Origin: Ylistrum balloti
Lineage: Eukaryota
DNA length: 64,000 bases
Reading direction: 5' to 3'
Assembly (NCBI RefSeq): GCF_031769215.1
Contig: NW_026782093.1
Coordinates: forward strand, 186,001 to 250,000
Positions 32,601 through 44,950 of this stretch are shown piece by piece. Position 1 is the first letter of the stretch. The number at the start of each line of letters is the position of its first letter. The notes beneath the pieces are model-generated. The model did no database searches and had not been told where the DNA came from. It saw nothing but the letters and a program-made list of their open reading frames with translations. The translations under genes were made by a program, and so were the position numbers.

Positions 32601-35600
32601 TAAATATTTATGTTACCATGGAGACAGGAAGACATGTAGATAAGATGTAGGTTCCTGTAATGGGTAATTAGGTCTGACTACCGGCTACCATCCTCAGAAC
32701 TGCAGAATAACCTGATCAACCACCTGATAAAGATACTTGGTCTTGGTACTTAGATTCTTAAATTGTTGTGATGTACCCTCTGACTCTGTGAGGAGGTAGC
32801 AATGTAATGTCATTTATTAGTAACTCAGTCTCTGCTGAACAGCGAGAAATATGGATAACAAGACTGACGGTACGTACCCCAACAATCCACTTCATATAGT
32901 AATCAAAGCTGGTATGTCTCTCCTAATTACAATCACTAAAGATTCCGTGAAGAATATTGCTGAAAGTTCTATCTATTTTAGGATACCAGTTAGTGAAACT
33001 TTTCTCTGGAATTCTCAGCACTAGCACTCCAATCTATTTATATAGAGAGTTGACCTACATCAGTGACCTTTGTATCCAGCGTCACTACATCATCTTGTTA
33101 TCATTTCAATGTATTTTCCAATGTTAGAATGCTGATTATTCGTTAAGGGATGGCACACATCAACTTTCCTGTAAATACAGATACGTAAGTAGATCCAACC
33201 CTGATTAGTGTCGGTGGTTACTTTGGATGCTTTCATAGTGATATCCAGATACTTGTCATGTGATCACGTTGTTGGGGTATATGTTGGTAATCTCAAATTG
33301 TACATCATGCTTGTGGATTTACACACTTGTATGTTAATAGCTCATATGTCCTAACGGCTGGAGAGGTTATGCTGTAGTGTCCATCATCTGACCCACGTTC
33401 ACTTTTCCCTTCAACCAACTTCTCAACGACCAAAAGTCTAAAGCCCAGAGTACTGATATTGGGCACGTAGCATACAAGGATGAAAAGCTACAAATGTTTT
33501 TCAAACTTTCTAGGTCATCGGATCAAATATGTTGAAATGTTTAAACTACTTCTCAATAAACAAAAAACATCAAGGTTCTGATATTGGGCCAGTGGCATGC
33601 TAGGATGAAGGTCTAACAAAATTGTGCAACTGAATGACCTTGACTCATTTCAAGGTCAAAGGAATCAAATGAGTTTAAATCTTAAGAATATGTATAAGAG
33701 AACAAAAGGTCCAGAGTACTGATATTGGTTCTGTGGGGTGTTTTGATGAAGGGCTACCAGGTCACCACCCAACCATACACAAATAAAAACAACAACTACA
33801 CCAAATATATACATTTAAAGTGAACAACCTGGAAAATTGGAAAAGATATTAGCCAATCAGGTCACAGCAGCCTCATTAAATATGTGCATAATTTGCCATT
33901 AATCAACTTGAACAAGGGGTTAAGGTTACAAGTCTCACAATAATTCATTTGTTCCTTCAAGATAGCATGTTTCAGGTGTAACATGTTTAACAGCTTCTGG
34001 AAAGCCCAATGTCTCAGTCAGTCTATATTGAAGAGTTAAAATAGTTGAATAAAACCTTTTTGGTTTTACTTTATTCATTTATAATTTGTTTTGTAGATTG
34101 CTTGTTTTGATGTTGTAGTGATGCAAATGGGTTTCAAGGAGAGGGAAGGACGATTAGCCCTTAGAGTAACCAGTGGGGATGTGGAGGCTTCTGTCCAGTA
34201 CATCATAAAAAAGCGTGAGGTAAGGAGGGGTGTGATGTTTTCTTTGTTTAAAGTGAAGTTCTTATCAACATATTGTAGACTTTTCTAATCACTCTTTGTC
34301 CTTGATCTGTTGTTTGTCTGTGTTGATTCAACATCTGTCCTTGATCTGTTGTTTGTGTTGATTCAACATCTGTCCTTGATCTGTTGTTTGTGTTGATTCA
34401 ACATCTGTCCTTGATCTGTTGTTTATCTGTGTTGATTCAACATCTATCCTTGATCTGTTGTTTGTGTTGATTCAACATCTTTCCTTGATCTGTTGTTTGT
34501 CTGTGTTGATTCAACATCTGTCCTTGGTCTGTTGTTTGTCTGTGTTGATTCAACATCTGTCCTTGATCTGTTGTTTGTGTTGATTTTACATCTGTCCTTG
34601 ATCTGTTGTTTGTCTGTGTTGATTCAACATCTGTCCTTGATCTGTTTGTCTGTGTTGATTCAACATCTGTCCTTGATCTGTTGTTTGTCTGTGTTGATTC
34701 AACTTCTGTCCTTGATCTGTTGTTTGTCTGTGTTGATTCAACATCTGTCCTTGATCTGTTGTTTGTGTTGATTTTACATCTGTCCTTGATCTGTTGTTTG
34801 TCTGTGTTGATTCAACATCTGTCCTTGATCTGTTGTTTGTCTGTGTTGATTCAACATCTGTCCTTGAACTGTTGTTTGTCTGTGTTGATTCAACATCTGT
34901 CCTTGATCTGTTGTTTGTCTGTGTTGATTCAACATCTGTCCTTGATCTGTTGTTTGTCTCTATTTATTAAACATCTGGCTTTCCTCAGTCATTGTTGATT
35001 ATCTGTTTATATGTGCCAACATCTGCTCTTGGTCTGTTGTTTTGGAGAAACAGCTATGGAAAACATTGATGGTATATTAAGCTCTCCTGGCCTGTCTTCA
35101 GACTAACCAAAATGCACAGAATCATGTTTTTTGGATAAGATGTTCCTAGGATAAAGTCCAACAGAGTTTTCAAAAAGAAATGACCATGATCCTTATTCAA
35201 GGCCACAGGGGTACAATTTGTAAAAGTCTTAAAACAAATTCTTCACCAGTTCTGGGAAATAGAGCAAATTCTTTAAAATCCAACTTCTCCTGTAGGAAGA
35301 ATTGGATTTTGCCTAAATTTGATCTAAAACATTCTTTGGTGAACGGAATCAATTTTGTATAAACAGTGGGTTTCGGTTCCCTGGGACCGATGGGCAGGGC
35401 CCAATAGGAGAAATAGAATAGTTCTGTATAAACAGTGCATCCCTTGGATGGACAGGATGAGGCCTAATTGGAGAAATGTGAGTTCTTAAAATCCTTCTTC
35501 AATACAATGATATTGTCCATTAGACTGGCCTGAAGCCAAATTTTTGTATTTTACTACAAAGCTGGGACCCAATAGGGAAATTATTTCAGAAGTTGTTTGT

Positions 35601-38600
35601 CATATTTGAAATGTTTTGTTAAATGACTGAACACCTAAATTATCTTGGTGAGTGATGCATGCCCCTTGGGCCTATTGTTTCTAATATGGTGTACCAGGAA
35701 ATTTTCTACCTCCATTTAATTTTTGCCCATTTGGTATATGAGCAGTGAGTGCAAATATAGAATGGGGGCAAATTTTTTTACCAACCCTTTTACATATTTC
35801 CCAGAAGATGAAATGTAGAAGAGGTAATTTTAGATTTAATCATTACAGTACAAAGATGAAAGTAACCTGGAAGAGAAAATTTCCAAGTAAACAGAACATA
35901 GTCATAATGAACCTGAAATGAACACAATATATGGTAGGACCGATAAGAATGACTGTCCTAAATATATGTCTTAATGTGATTGATTTCAAGTGTTGTCCCT
36001 TTTAGTACACAGTTTCAATTTAATTTTTTACACCATCAAACCCAGTTATAATATCTAATAGTGTATCACAGATCTTGTTATCTGATGCAATTGGAACATA
36101 TTAAGTATTTCACTGAGGTCTTAACATTTCTTTCAGGAGAAAAAAACAATAACTAAAAAAGTTGAAGAGGAGCGACGAAAGAAAAAAATACAAAAATCTT
36201 TAGGGTCAACTGCAAATGGCGAAAAGTGAGTAATCTGTTATTAGGTCACCTGGTGACCTATTGTGATCACCTTCATCCGGCATTGTGTGTTGTGCGTCTG
36301 TAAACACTTTAACATTTTCCGCTTCTTCTCAAAAACTCCTGATCCTTGGCCTAAGATGAACCAAAATCATAAATTATGCAGCCCCCACCCCCTAAGGGAC
36401 TTGAGGGGCATGGTCAAATTGACTTAAATTTCAAAATTGTCTCCTCAACACCCAAAGATGATATAATCAAATACTGTTCATGTATAGGAAGGTCTTAAGG
36501 GGCTTTACTGTAACTGACGCCCAGTGGCTGATGGGCATGACCAAAAAGGATCAAATTTTATGCACATTTTTGTCTTTTGGTTCCGTTGTTGTATACCATG
36601 TTCTCATTGGAGAATGCGACATTACTTTCTAGGACTGACAAGGTTTACATGGCAGGTGTTGTCAGTGAAGCAGAATACGCTTACTCTTTTAGAACACATG
36701 GTATTTTTCCTGCACTTTTAAATCACTGGTAAATCTTATATTTATCCCCAGCTTTCACCGAAATGGAGGTTATTAATTTGGGTTTGTCCGTCCGTCTGTC
36801 TGTCACACTTTCGTTTCCATGTTCTAACTTCCCCAAATATCATCCAATTTGGGTGAATTTGGTCAGCAGATGAATCTTGCGTTCATTAAGACTGTTTGAC
36901 TGTCAGTTTCATCTGTTAATAATTATGCATACTAATGAGGTATCCTTTTATTTCATTGGTCGGTTCATTTCCATACTCTAACTTCCCTAAATATAATCCA
37001 ATTTAGATGAAACTTGGTCAGCAGATGCATATTAGGGCACATAAGACTGAGTTCAGCAATCAGCATCATTTGTTAATATCTTTGCATATTAATTTCATTT
37101 CTTTGGTTGGTCAGTTTTTGTGCTCTAACTTTCCTAAATATAATCTGATTTAGATGTAACTTGAAGTCCCACAAATATTATCAGCTTATCATTAAACTAT
37201 ATCATTCTACATAGCATTTCGACATGTTTACTCCTAACCTCTAAAATATTTACTTACAATTTTGTTTGGAAAGTGGGGGATATAAATTCCATGAATTTGC
37301 TTGTTAACCCTAGTTTTATTGAATTTGAGTTTGGATTATGATTATGTTGACATGTTGGTATTTTCTTGTTATTTCTTGTTAAGGGAAGGTAATACTAAAA
37401 AGTGCTAAATCACAACCAGTAGGTGACTGTGATGTGTGACCATTGACCAAATGTTAAATAGAGCATAGCCAAATTGTTTACACTGTATTGTTACAATGTT
37501 GTGTACTTTTTTATGCTCCCCAAAATATTTGGGGGAGCACATAGTTGACACCTTGTCTGTCCATCCGTCTGTCTTTCCCACCATTCTTTGTCACTGGAGC
37601 ACAAATAAGAAGGATTGTGAGACTTGGGGTATACTTTCATCATGCTAAGGGGATATGCAGTGTACCAAATTCAGAGCCCTCAATTACAGCATTGCTGCCA
37701 TTTGTTAAAATTTTGTGTCTCAAGCATTACTTTGAAACTAGGTGTATATACATTGATCATAGTAAGGGAATGTACTGTGTACCAAATTCAGGGCTTGCAA
37801 CTATTTATTTACAGAGTTATTGCCCTTTGTTAAAATTTTATGTCTGGAGCATCACTTTACTTGCATTTAAAATAGGATGTTAATTGGTGTTATATACAAT
37901 AGTCACACAAAAGCGAGGTGCTGTGTAGCAAGGTCTCAGCCCATGACCCCTCAGGGAATGTACTGTGTACCAAATTCAGGGCTTGCAACTATTCAATTAC
38001 AGAGTTATTGCCCTTTGTTAAAATTTTGTGTCATGAGCATAGCTTTGCTTGCATTATAACTAGGATCATGAAACTTGGTGTATATATTGGTCATACTATG
38101 AGAATGTTCAGTCTACCAAATTCAGGGCCAGCAACCCCTTACTTATAGAATTATTGCTTATGTTAGCTTCACTGATACTCTTGTTTCTATAATCTGTTTA
38201 CCATCTCATCACACTATTTTCAACCTTCATAGGATTATAGTATAGCTGATGAAGTTGGTTGATACTTCCATCTCATACACTACATATGTCAGTGCTAGTA
38301 CGCTATGCACTGGTCATTTGGCTGATTAAGGTGGCTGTGTAGTCACTGAAACGTTACACTCTAATCTTCTACTGGTTGTGTTATAAGATGAAGGTGACCA
38401 TGTAATCATTAAAACATTACACCCTAATCTTCTACTGGTTGTGTTATAAGATGAAGGTGACGGTGTAGTCATTGAAACATCAAACCCTAATCTTCTACTG
38501 GTTGTGTTATAAGATGAAAGTGACAGTGTAGTCATTGAAACGTCACACTCTAAACTTCTACTGGTTGTGTTATAAGATGAAGGTGACCGTGTAGTCATTG

Positions 38601-41600
38601 AAACATCAAACCCTAATCTTCTACTGGTTGTGTTATAAGATGAAAGTGACAGTGTAGTCATTGAAACGTCACACTCTAAACTTCTACTGGTTGTGTTATA
38701 ACAACTTGATGCTAAAGATTTCACTTATTCAATATTTACTATGCAAGTGTGTTATGATGTGTAAATACAGCTGCTTACCTATGGTTTTCACAGAGTTAAT
38801 GTTGACACGTACGAGATGCTACTGGCAATGGGCTTCAGGAATGGTGCGTCAGCAGAAGCTCTTCGTCAAGCAAATAATGACCTAAGCTTGGCCTTAGAGG
38901 TGAGTCATTAATTCGAGCTTTAGGAAAGCATTGATGCATGAAAACCTTTATTAGTCTTGTTAATTTCCAGAGAAATAAAATAATATTCAAATTTTTGCAA
39001 CTGTGTTTTTCAGTGTAAAAATGAAACCATTACCAAATCGTTGATGTACCATGAATGATGTGCTTTCCTTGGCCAAGATAAATGAAAAAAATACAATCCT
39101 CATATACAGTTTAGATATGGGCTTCAGATGGATATTGCAAGTTTCTGGATTCCTGAGACAAGATCTCAGTAGGCATAATCGTACAGATTTGGTCTGGAGA
39201 ATCATGGGGAGGAAGAGATTTAGTTTTGCTTAACTGTAGGTCTGATCCCCCTGTTAGCAGATGAGCAAGACCCAATAGTGATATATAGGAAAATGTGTAA
39301 TATCTTCCTTCTGTTGGGATGGAGCTTTTATGACCAAATTAGTCCTTATAGGGAATAAAGAATTTTGGCCAAACTTGTATTATGGGGCCAGTTTTTGGAA
39401 ATTTGTGTTCACCATTCTCGTAATAATGCAGTGTTGACCAAACAAAACCAGGTGAGTGATGCAGGCCACAAGAACCTCTTGTTTTCCTCTCTAATTACAG
39501 CCATTACATATTATTTCCATTATCAGGATCTTTCTTTTTTCATTTCATAACACTTATTTATATCAAAATAAATGGCATGAGTTATTTCTGTAAAGAAATT
39601 TTAATTAATTGTCTTTAAATTTCATATATATATATGTTTTCCTTGATATTTAAATTTATTTTATTTAGACTGATCAAGGGTTGACAAAATGGCTGACAGG
39701 TAGCCAACATGGAACTATTGTCTAAAAGTCTGGTTTTGTGTATTCTTGTCTGTAATTGGGGAGTCTTTTTCATGGAAAGGAAGGGTGGTTGATCTTCAAA
39801 ATCCCACTTCTTTTTTGTGAAATTCTTTATAGTAAAAACATGATAAAATGATACCTGGTAAATGAAGTATCTAGATAGATGATGTCTTATGGGCCTATTG
39901 TTTATTCATTCTGTTACAGGTACTACAAAACCATCCTGAGATTTTAGACCTGCCTGACCCAATTAATTCCCCGGTATCTATCACAGACGATATGCTTGCT
40001 CAGGTAAACTATGAAACACTTAAAGCTAATTAGTGTTAGTGATCTTAACATTTTAGCTTGGATCCAGTAACTAACACTGTCCTGTATGTAAACTTCTCCT
40101 GTGTTAGATTGGAGGATCTCAGCCTGAGGGAAGGCGAATTGTTAAGCTGGCGAACACAAAGACGTGGTAAAATTGTTTGAATTATGTAGACTGATACGAG
40201 GTATGTCGATTATATCTTCTGTTTTTGACTTGTAAGGATTTATAAAACCTCAAACAACTTCTTTTCAGTAATCAAGAGGTCCAGAGTATACTGATAGTGG
40301 TCCAGTAGTGATATAGGGCTAAAATTTTGTGCAAACTTGATTTTGTATCAACGTCAAAAAAGTCAGATGGGTTAAAATCTTCAAATATTCTCAAAAATGA
40401 AGAGATTTGTGGACACAATATTAGGCATAATTAAGCTACCTATATACCAAATTTCAATGTTTAAATTTCAACCAATCAAATGCCTTGATTTGGTTGCTTA
40501 TATGTTTGCTGTGTTGAATACTGGTCTATGAATTGAAGTCGAATCAGTAGATTTTTATTCCAGTAGATTACGTGGCTTTTGACCTGGAAACCTGACAAGC
40601 ACTTCCATATGTGACCTCGGGTATACTGAATATGGTCATGAATGACTGGTAGCATGGATACAAAGACATGACTAGAAATTAAATTACATTTTTTGTTTGT
40701 TTTATGAAATCTAGTCAGATTGTTGTTCATTCTGTAACTGTGTTGAGTTGACAATCATGCCTGTATCGACTAAACTGCATGATTTGATATTAGTGGAGTA
40801 TATTGTTCCTCAACTCCACTTAGTTCATGCCCCATTCTTGCTGCTTGCATGGGAGACATGTTCTTGTGGAAGCTGAATCTTACAAGTGTTAGTTTATACA
40901 GAGAGTGAACCGGCCACTGTAATGTATTTCTAGACATTACTCTTTAATCGTATCCGTACATTCTGTGTAGGAAGTGACGGACAAAGTGAGGATTCTACAG
41001 TCACTGTTGCTCAGTAGGCCTTGAAGAATTTGTTTCTGTATCATAACCTACGAAGTTTTTAATCCCAAACTTTATCAATTTACCAGCTGAAAAGAAATAG
41101 AAATCTCCTGCATTGTTAGTGGCTGTAAATGTAAGTAGATGAATTATCCGAAAAACCGACCATATGAACACTTAAGGCCTAAATGAGTACCTTAAGTTTG
41201 TTGTCATGCAATTTCAGGTTATCAATGTTTTCTGCTTGTTATTAGGTGATGTCATTGGGATTTGAAAACGATATGGCTAGAAATGCCCTTGAGAAACACC
41301 GTGGCAGCATTGAGAGGGCTATAGAAGATCTGGTCAAGTCTGGCGGAGTGGTATCACCTCCCAGTACATCATCATCTTCATCTTCATCTTCATCAAGTAT
41401 GTAAAAATCACGGAAATTCAAACAGTATTGTATTTTGTAGTTGTACTTTGGTTACCCTACATGTTTACTCTTATTCATCTGACAATACCAATATGCATTT
41501 TGATATCAGCAGTAAATTTGGGTAGATAATATACAGGGATATGTGTACCTATCTGTTTCTGGCCATGTATAGAGCATGTCACCAGACTTGTCAAATACTT

Positions 41601-42923
41601 CTCATGATGCACAGGATGTATACATAACCTCTGTGTTAGATCGCTTGATAAAATTCTACAACTGAATGCACCAGGTATTTATATCTGTAAATACTGACAA
41701 GGTAACAGAATTCAAGTAACAAGGTCAAATATTGACAGAAGAAAGATCTGTAAAGAGACCCAATAGAATGAAGCAAACAAGACCAGCTGTTCCAGAAGGG
41801 TTAGCATCTTCTTGGTCAATCCAAGACAATTAACAACCACAGAACCACCTGGCATAATTATAACTTCAGTGTTAACAACACTTTGAAAATAGATCTGGCG
41901 AGCCACTTTTGTCTTTATGTCCCGGACCAAAATACAGCATATATTTAAAAGACTCTGCCCATGTATTCTGTTTATCCTTCAGCATTGATTGAAAATCAGA
42001 CTATTGAACCTTAACAGTTTTGATTGTTAAATCTTTGTTTACCTGACATTGACGTTACACTGAATTTTGCCTGATGAAATGCCAATATAATTACACCATG
42101 CAGAAACATGATTCCAAACTTCATCGCATATTTTATGACTTTTCATAAATCAATTTGTTCATTACAACATGTAAATCGCTTATTTCAACAACTATTTATA
42201 TCTCTAAATCTAATATTTATGTAAATTCAGAGAGGAATTCTATCGAATTACCCACATGGTAAAATACAGCTGTTTTTCATCACTGCCGAATATAACAAAA
42301 GTATATTAGACAAGATCTACAATGGCAGTGCCAGTTGCAGGATAATTTTTTTTAATATTGCTATCTTGAAAGTAGATTACAATGGTATAACAACTCATTA
42401 ATGATTAATAGTACTGCTAGTTATGTGAAGAACACCTAGACTTACTGACAGTACACATAAACTCAAATATCATACGAGGGAAGAATTAAAAAAAGTTTCA
42501 TGAATCGAAGCAATCACGATTTGTCAAAATAAAAACAGGAATTAAGTTATATAATGGCAGATGATGACGTTTTTTATATATGAAAGAATACGCTTGGCTT
42601 TGATTAGATGTTTAAAGTCATATACATGTAAATTACATTGCTGATCGTACTGTCAGTCGTTGGAACATAGGTGTTGTGGGTCACGTGATTCAGTTGGTCA
42701 CATACATCCTCATGTTCAGTACTTGATATTCCTTAACTGTATTTTCATTTCTTATTCTTCAGGTTCTTCACCGTCTGAAGAAAAGAAGAAACAAAAGGAA
42801 GTGCTGGACGATCTTGTGTCTGACATTGCTAAAGATGAAGAGGATTACCTAGACTTGGCACTTTATGATGAAGCACAGTTTTTAGAATATTACAAAAGTT
42901 TGCTTGAAAGTATTAAAATATAA
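20638..42923 (+). CDS. NUB1: NEDD8 ultimate buster 1 (UBL domain + three UBA domains), 606 aa
   Basis: 16 GT-AG exons with consistent phases: 20638-20778, 21843-22019, 23570-23728, 24242-24371, 24678-24745, 25948-26054, 29419-29528, 30794-30870, 31225-31332, 32534-32585, 34119-34219, 36137-36225, 38794-38899, 39920-40003, 41246-41396, 42763-42923 (1821 nt). Recognised NUB1 motifs: [54 protein letters not shown] motifs, and the C-terminal DEEDYLD. Confidence 0.95.
20812..21653. mobile_element. Helentron-associated/MITE-like non-autonomous element in NUB1 intron 1
   Basis: Begins TTTTTAGCTCAC...GATGAG, has a CCATCCATCTGT microsatellite and internal ~150-bp degenerate units with TGACCTTGACC, and ends GGGCCTCTTGTTT (the reverse of the 13674 terminus). 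Confidence 0.7.
22485..23175 (-). mobile_element. Degenerate Penelope-like retroelement (RT C-terminal half and 3' terminus)
   Basis: Minus strand reads FTLRYINDI (RYIDD-like) and [23 protein letters not shown], with stops and frameshifts. Terminal motif at about 22565-22615. Confidence 0.75.
25157..25762. repeat. 32/33-bp minisatellite ((AC/G)ATGTAGGTAATGTAGAGACAAATGTTTAACT)
   Basis: About 18 units, alternating 32 and 33 bp in the first half; NUB1 intron 5. Confidence 0.93.
26226..28652. repeat. 39-bp minisatellite, about 62 copies (ATGGGGTTTGGGTACAGAGAGTTAAAAGGTTCTCTATAC)
   Basis: Highly homogeneous head-to-tail array in NUB1 intron 6. The unit is a multiple of 3, which explains the 690- and 822-aa ORFs. 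Confidence 0.98.
29503..29770 (+). repeat. 44-bp tandem repeat x6 spanning the NUB1 exon 7/intron 7 junction
   Basis: AAATATTGAGGATCT(T/A)CCTGATGCAG|GTAAGAAT(G/A)GCTCAGAT(T/G), with units at 29503, 29547, 29591, 29635, 29679 and 29723. Confidence 0.96.
30165..30627. mobile_element. Truncated copy of the same non-autonomous family as 20812-21653
   Basis: Collinear similarity to 21160-21653, including the GCAGGTCCATTGGGCCTCTTGTT terminus. Confidence 0.7.
34296..34960. repeat. 35/39-bp minisatellite (CTGTCCTTGATCTGTTGTTTGTCTGTGTTGATTCAACAT)
   Basis: About 17-18 units in NUB1 intron 11; strongly T-rich on the plus strand. Confidence 0.95.
37509..38160. mobile_element. Helentron-associated/MITE-like element with internal tandem subunits
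   Basis: TTTTTTATGCTCCCC-AAAATATTT-GGGGGAG terminal hairpin, a GTCCATCCGTCTGTC microsatellite, and four CCAAATTCAG(G/A)GC-anchored subunits. Confidence 0.65.
38330..38700. repeat. 63-bp tandem repeat x~6 (A/B alternation)
   Basis: GTAGTCATTGAAAC...CTTCTACTGGTTGTGTTATAAGATGAA(G/A)GTGAC; 21-aa periodicity in ORF 38326-38724. Confidence 0.9.
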
Positions 42924-42945
42924 TCTGGTTTACTGAAGTTTAAGG

Positions 42946-43491
42946 TCATCCTTGAAACTGCAGAAGTTACAATCAATTTCGCTCTCTACATCCTCGATAC
43001 TGCCGGGGTTATAATCACTTTCGCTCTCTACATCCTCAAAACTGCCGGGGTTACATCCTCGAAACTCCCGGGGTTACCATCTCTTTTGCTCTCTACATCC
43101 TCAAAACTATAAGGATTATAACCACTTTCGCTCTCTACAACCTCGAAACTACAGAGGTTATAATCACTTTTGCTCTCTACACGCGTGGAACATGTCATTG
43201 CAAAATTGAAGGTTCCATGAGCGACACCTAGTGGACAAGATGGAAAGACTAGTTTGATCCTTTGATGTACATGAAACAAATCTTGAGGTTGCATAACAGT
43301 ATATTGTAATGGCTTTGAAGCTGGATGTCACTACTCATTAATCTTCAAAGGAAGTGCATCAGCCTGTGATTGGTCAGATTTTTACTGCTGGAACCAATCA
43401 AATTACTTAAATTGTGTCTTCAGATTTGCCGTGACATGTTCCAGGGGTGCAGAGAGTGAAAGTGATCGTAACTCCTAGAAATTTGAGGATG
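42946..43491. repeat. ~42-bp tandem repeat (42946-43180) plus one inverted copy (43451-43491) just after the NUB1 stop
   Basis: Unit CATCCTCGAAACTGCCGGGGTTATAATCACTTTCGCTCTCTA. The reverse complement of 43451-43491 matches 42989-43029 at 30/41 positions by hand count. Confidence 0.8.
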
Positions 43492-44589
43492 GACTAAGGT
43501 TCACAACTTAAAATATATTTTCTGAGGCTATAATTTTGTGGATTTCAAAAAATACAATATTAAAGAATTATATATCATATTGACTTTCAGCTGTTTATTG
43601 ATTGTGGACATAAAAATCTTGGATTTTGAGTATCAATGAATCAAAATATTGGAAAAAAAAAATTGCCTACAAAAATCACTGATTTTTTGTTACATACTGT
43701 CAATATATACAATGTAGTTGTTTGTGTGTGTTTTATTATAATATTTGTGTATATTATTATATTGATACAGTTCAGTTAGAAACAATGTACAACACAAAGT
43801 GAGAAGAAAGATGATAATATTTCACTAATTATACCATCAGCATATGTCATAAGTGTTAACATAAATGCTTAAAGCAACAATTCATTCATTCACTCCTAGA
43901 CTCATGGTCATATTGTTCACTGTGTTGTCATATTTATCTGGGCCTTTTGGGAAGAATAAAATATATTGGAAGTGAAGGAGGGAGCTAGGTTTATTATCCC
44001 AACAACACAAAACAGGACATTAGAAGACATGTCTGTGTGAGCTGACAACTTTATCTTAGTATATAATCAAACAAATTTTCTGGTAACAAATTGTCTTAGT
44101 GAGATCTGGAAGGGAACACCAGACCAGGTTTTGCTTAAAGAAATTGTTAAGATTAGTACTTGATAATGTATATTGCAATGCTATTGATTTATTTTGATTA
44201 TCAAAATGTTGGAAATGATTTCTATTAATTATCTTGACAATGATTCTCTTCTGTAAAATGTAGGACTTCCCAGGTATCAGAGATTGTTTCTATAAGAAAT
44301 GTCACTTTTAAATAATACCTTCCAATTAATGGTAATGAATCGTGATTTTAGGCTCATTATAACCATTCATATTTCAGTCCTTGAGTGGTTTGACAATTAT
44401 TCAGAAATCCTATATTTTTATATAAAGAAATGTTGATGAAATATATGTCATGCTTGTTGGAAATTAAATTGAAAATGTTCAGAAATCTGCAGTTTTCTGT
44501 TATTTTTTGGCCTAGTAAAGATATATGTTTAATTGTTGGAGAAATATGATACCTTGATTTCCTTAAAGAATCTCTGTCACGGACAGAAG

Positions 44590-44950
44590 ACACAAGAGGG
44601 TGAGACAACAGGAGAGTGGGACACTACAGGAGAGTGGGACACTACAGGAGAGTGGGACACAACAGGCAGAGGAGACACCACAGGAGAGTGGGATGCACAA
44701 GAGGTGGGGAAGACATTACAGGAGAGTGGGACACAACAGGAGAGTGGGACACAACAGGAGAGGAAAGCACAAGAGGTAGGGGGACACTACAGGAGAGTAA
44801 GGCACAAGAGGTGGGGAAGACATTACAGGAGAGTGGGACACAACAGGAGAGTGGGACACTACAGGATAGTGGGACACTACAGGAGAGTAAGGCACAAGAG
44901 GTAGGGAAGACATTACAGGAGAGTGGGACACAACAGGAGAGTAAGGCATA
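44590..44950. repeat. Purine-rich composite minisatellite built on an 18-bp unit (ACAGGAGAGTGGGACAC(T/A))
   Basis: 18-bp units interspersed with a GCACAAGAGGT(G/A)GGGAAGACATT module. Confidence 0.92.

Noticed and set aside
20779-42762. Intronic snoRNAs in NUB1
   Set aside because: Isolated TGATGA/CTGA matches exist, but none had terminal stems or guide complementarity that I could support.
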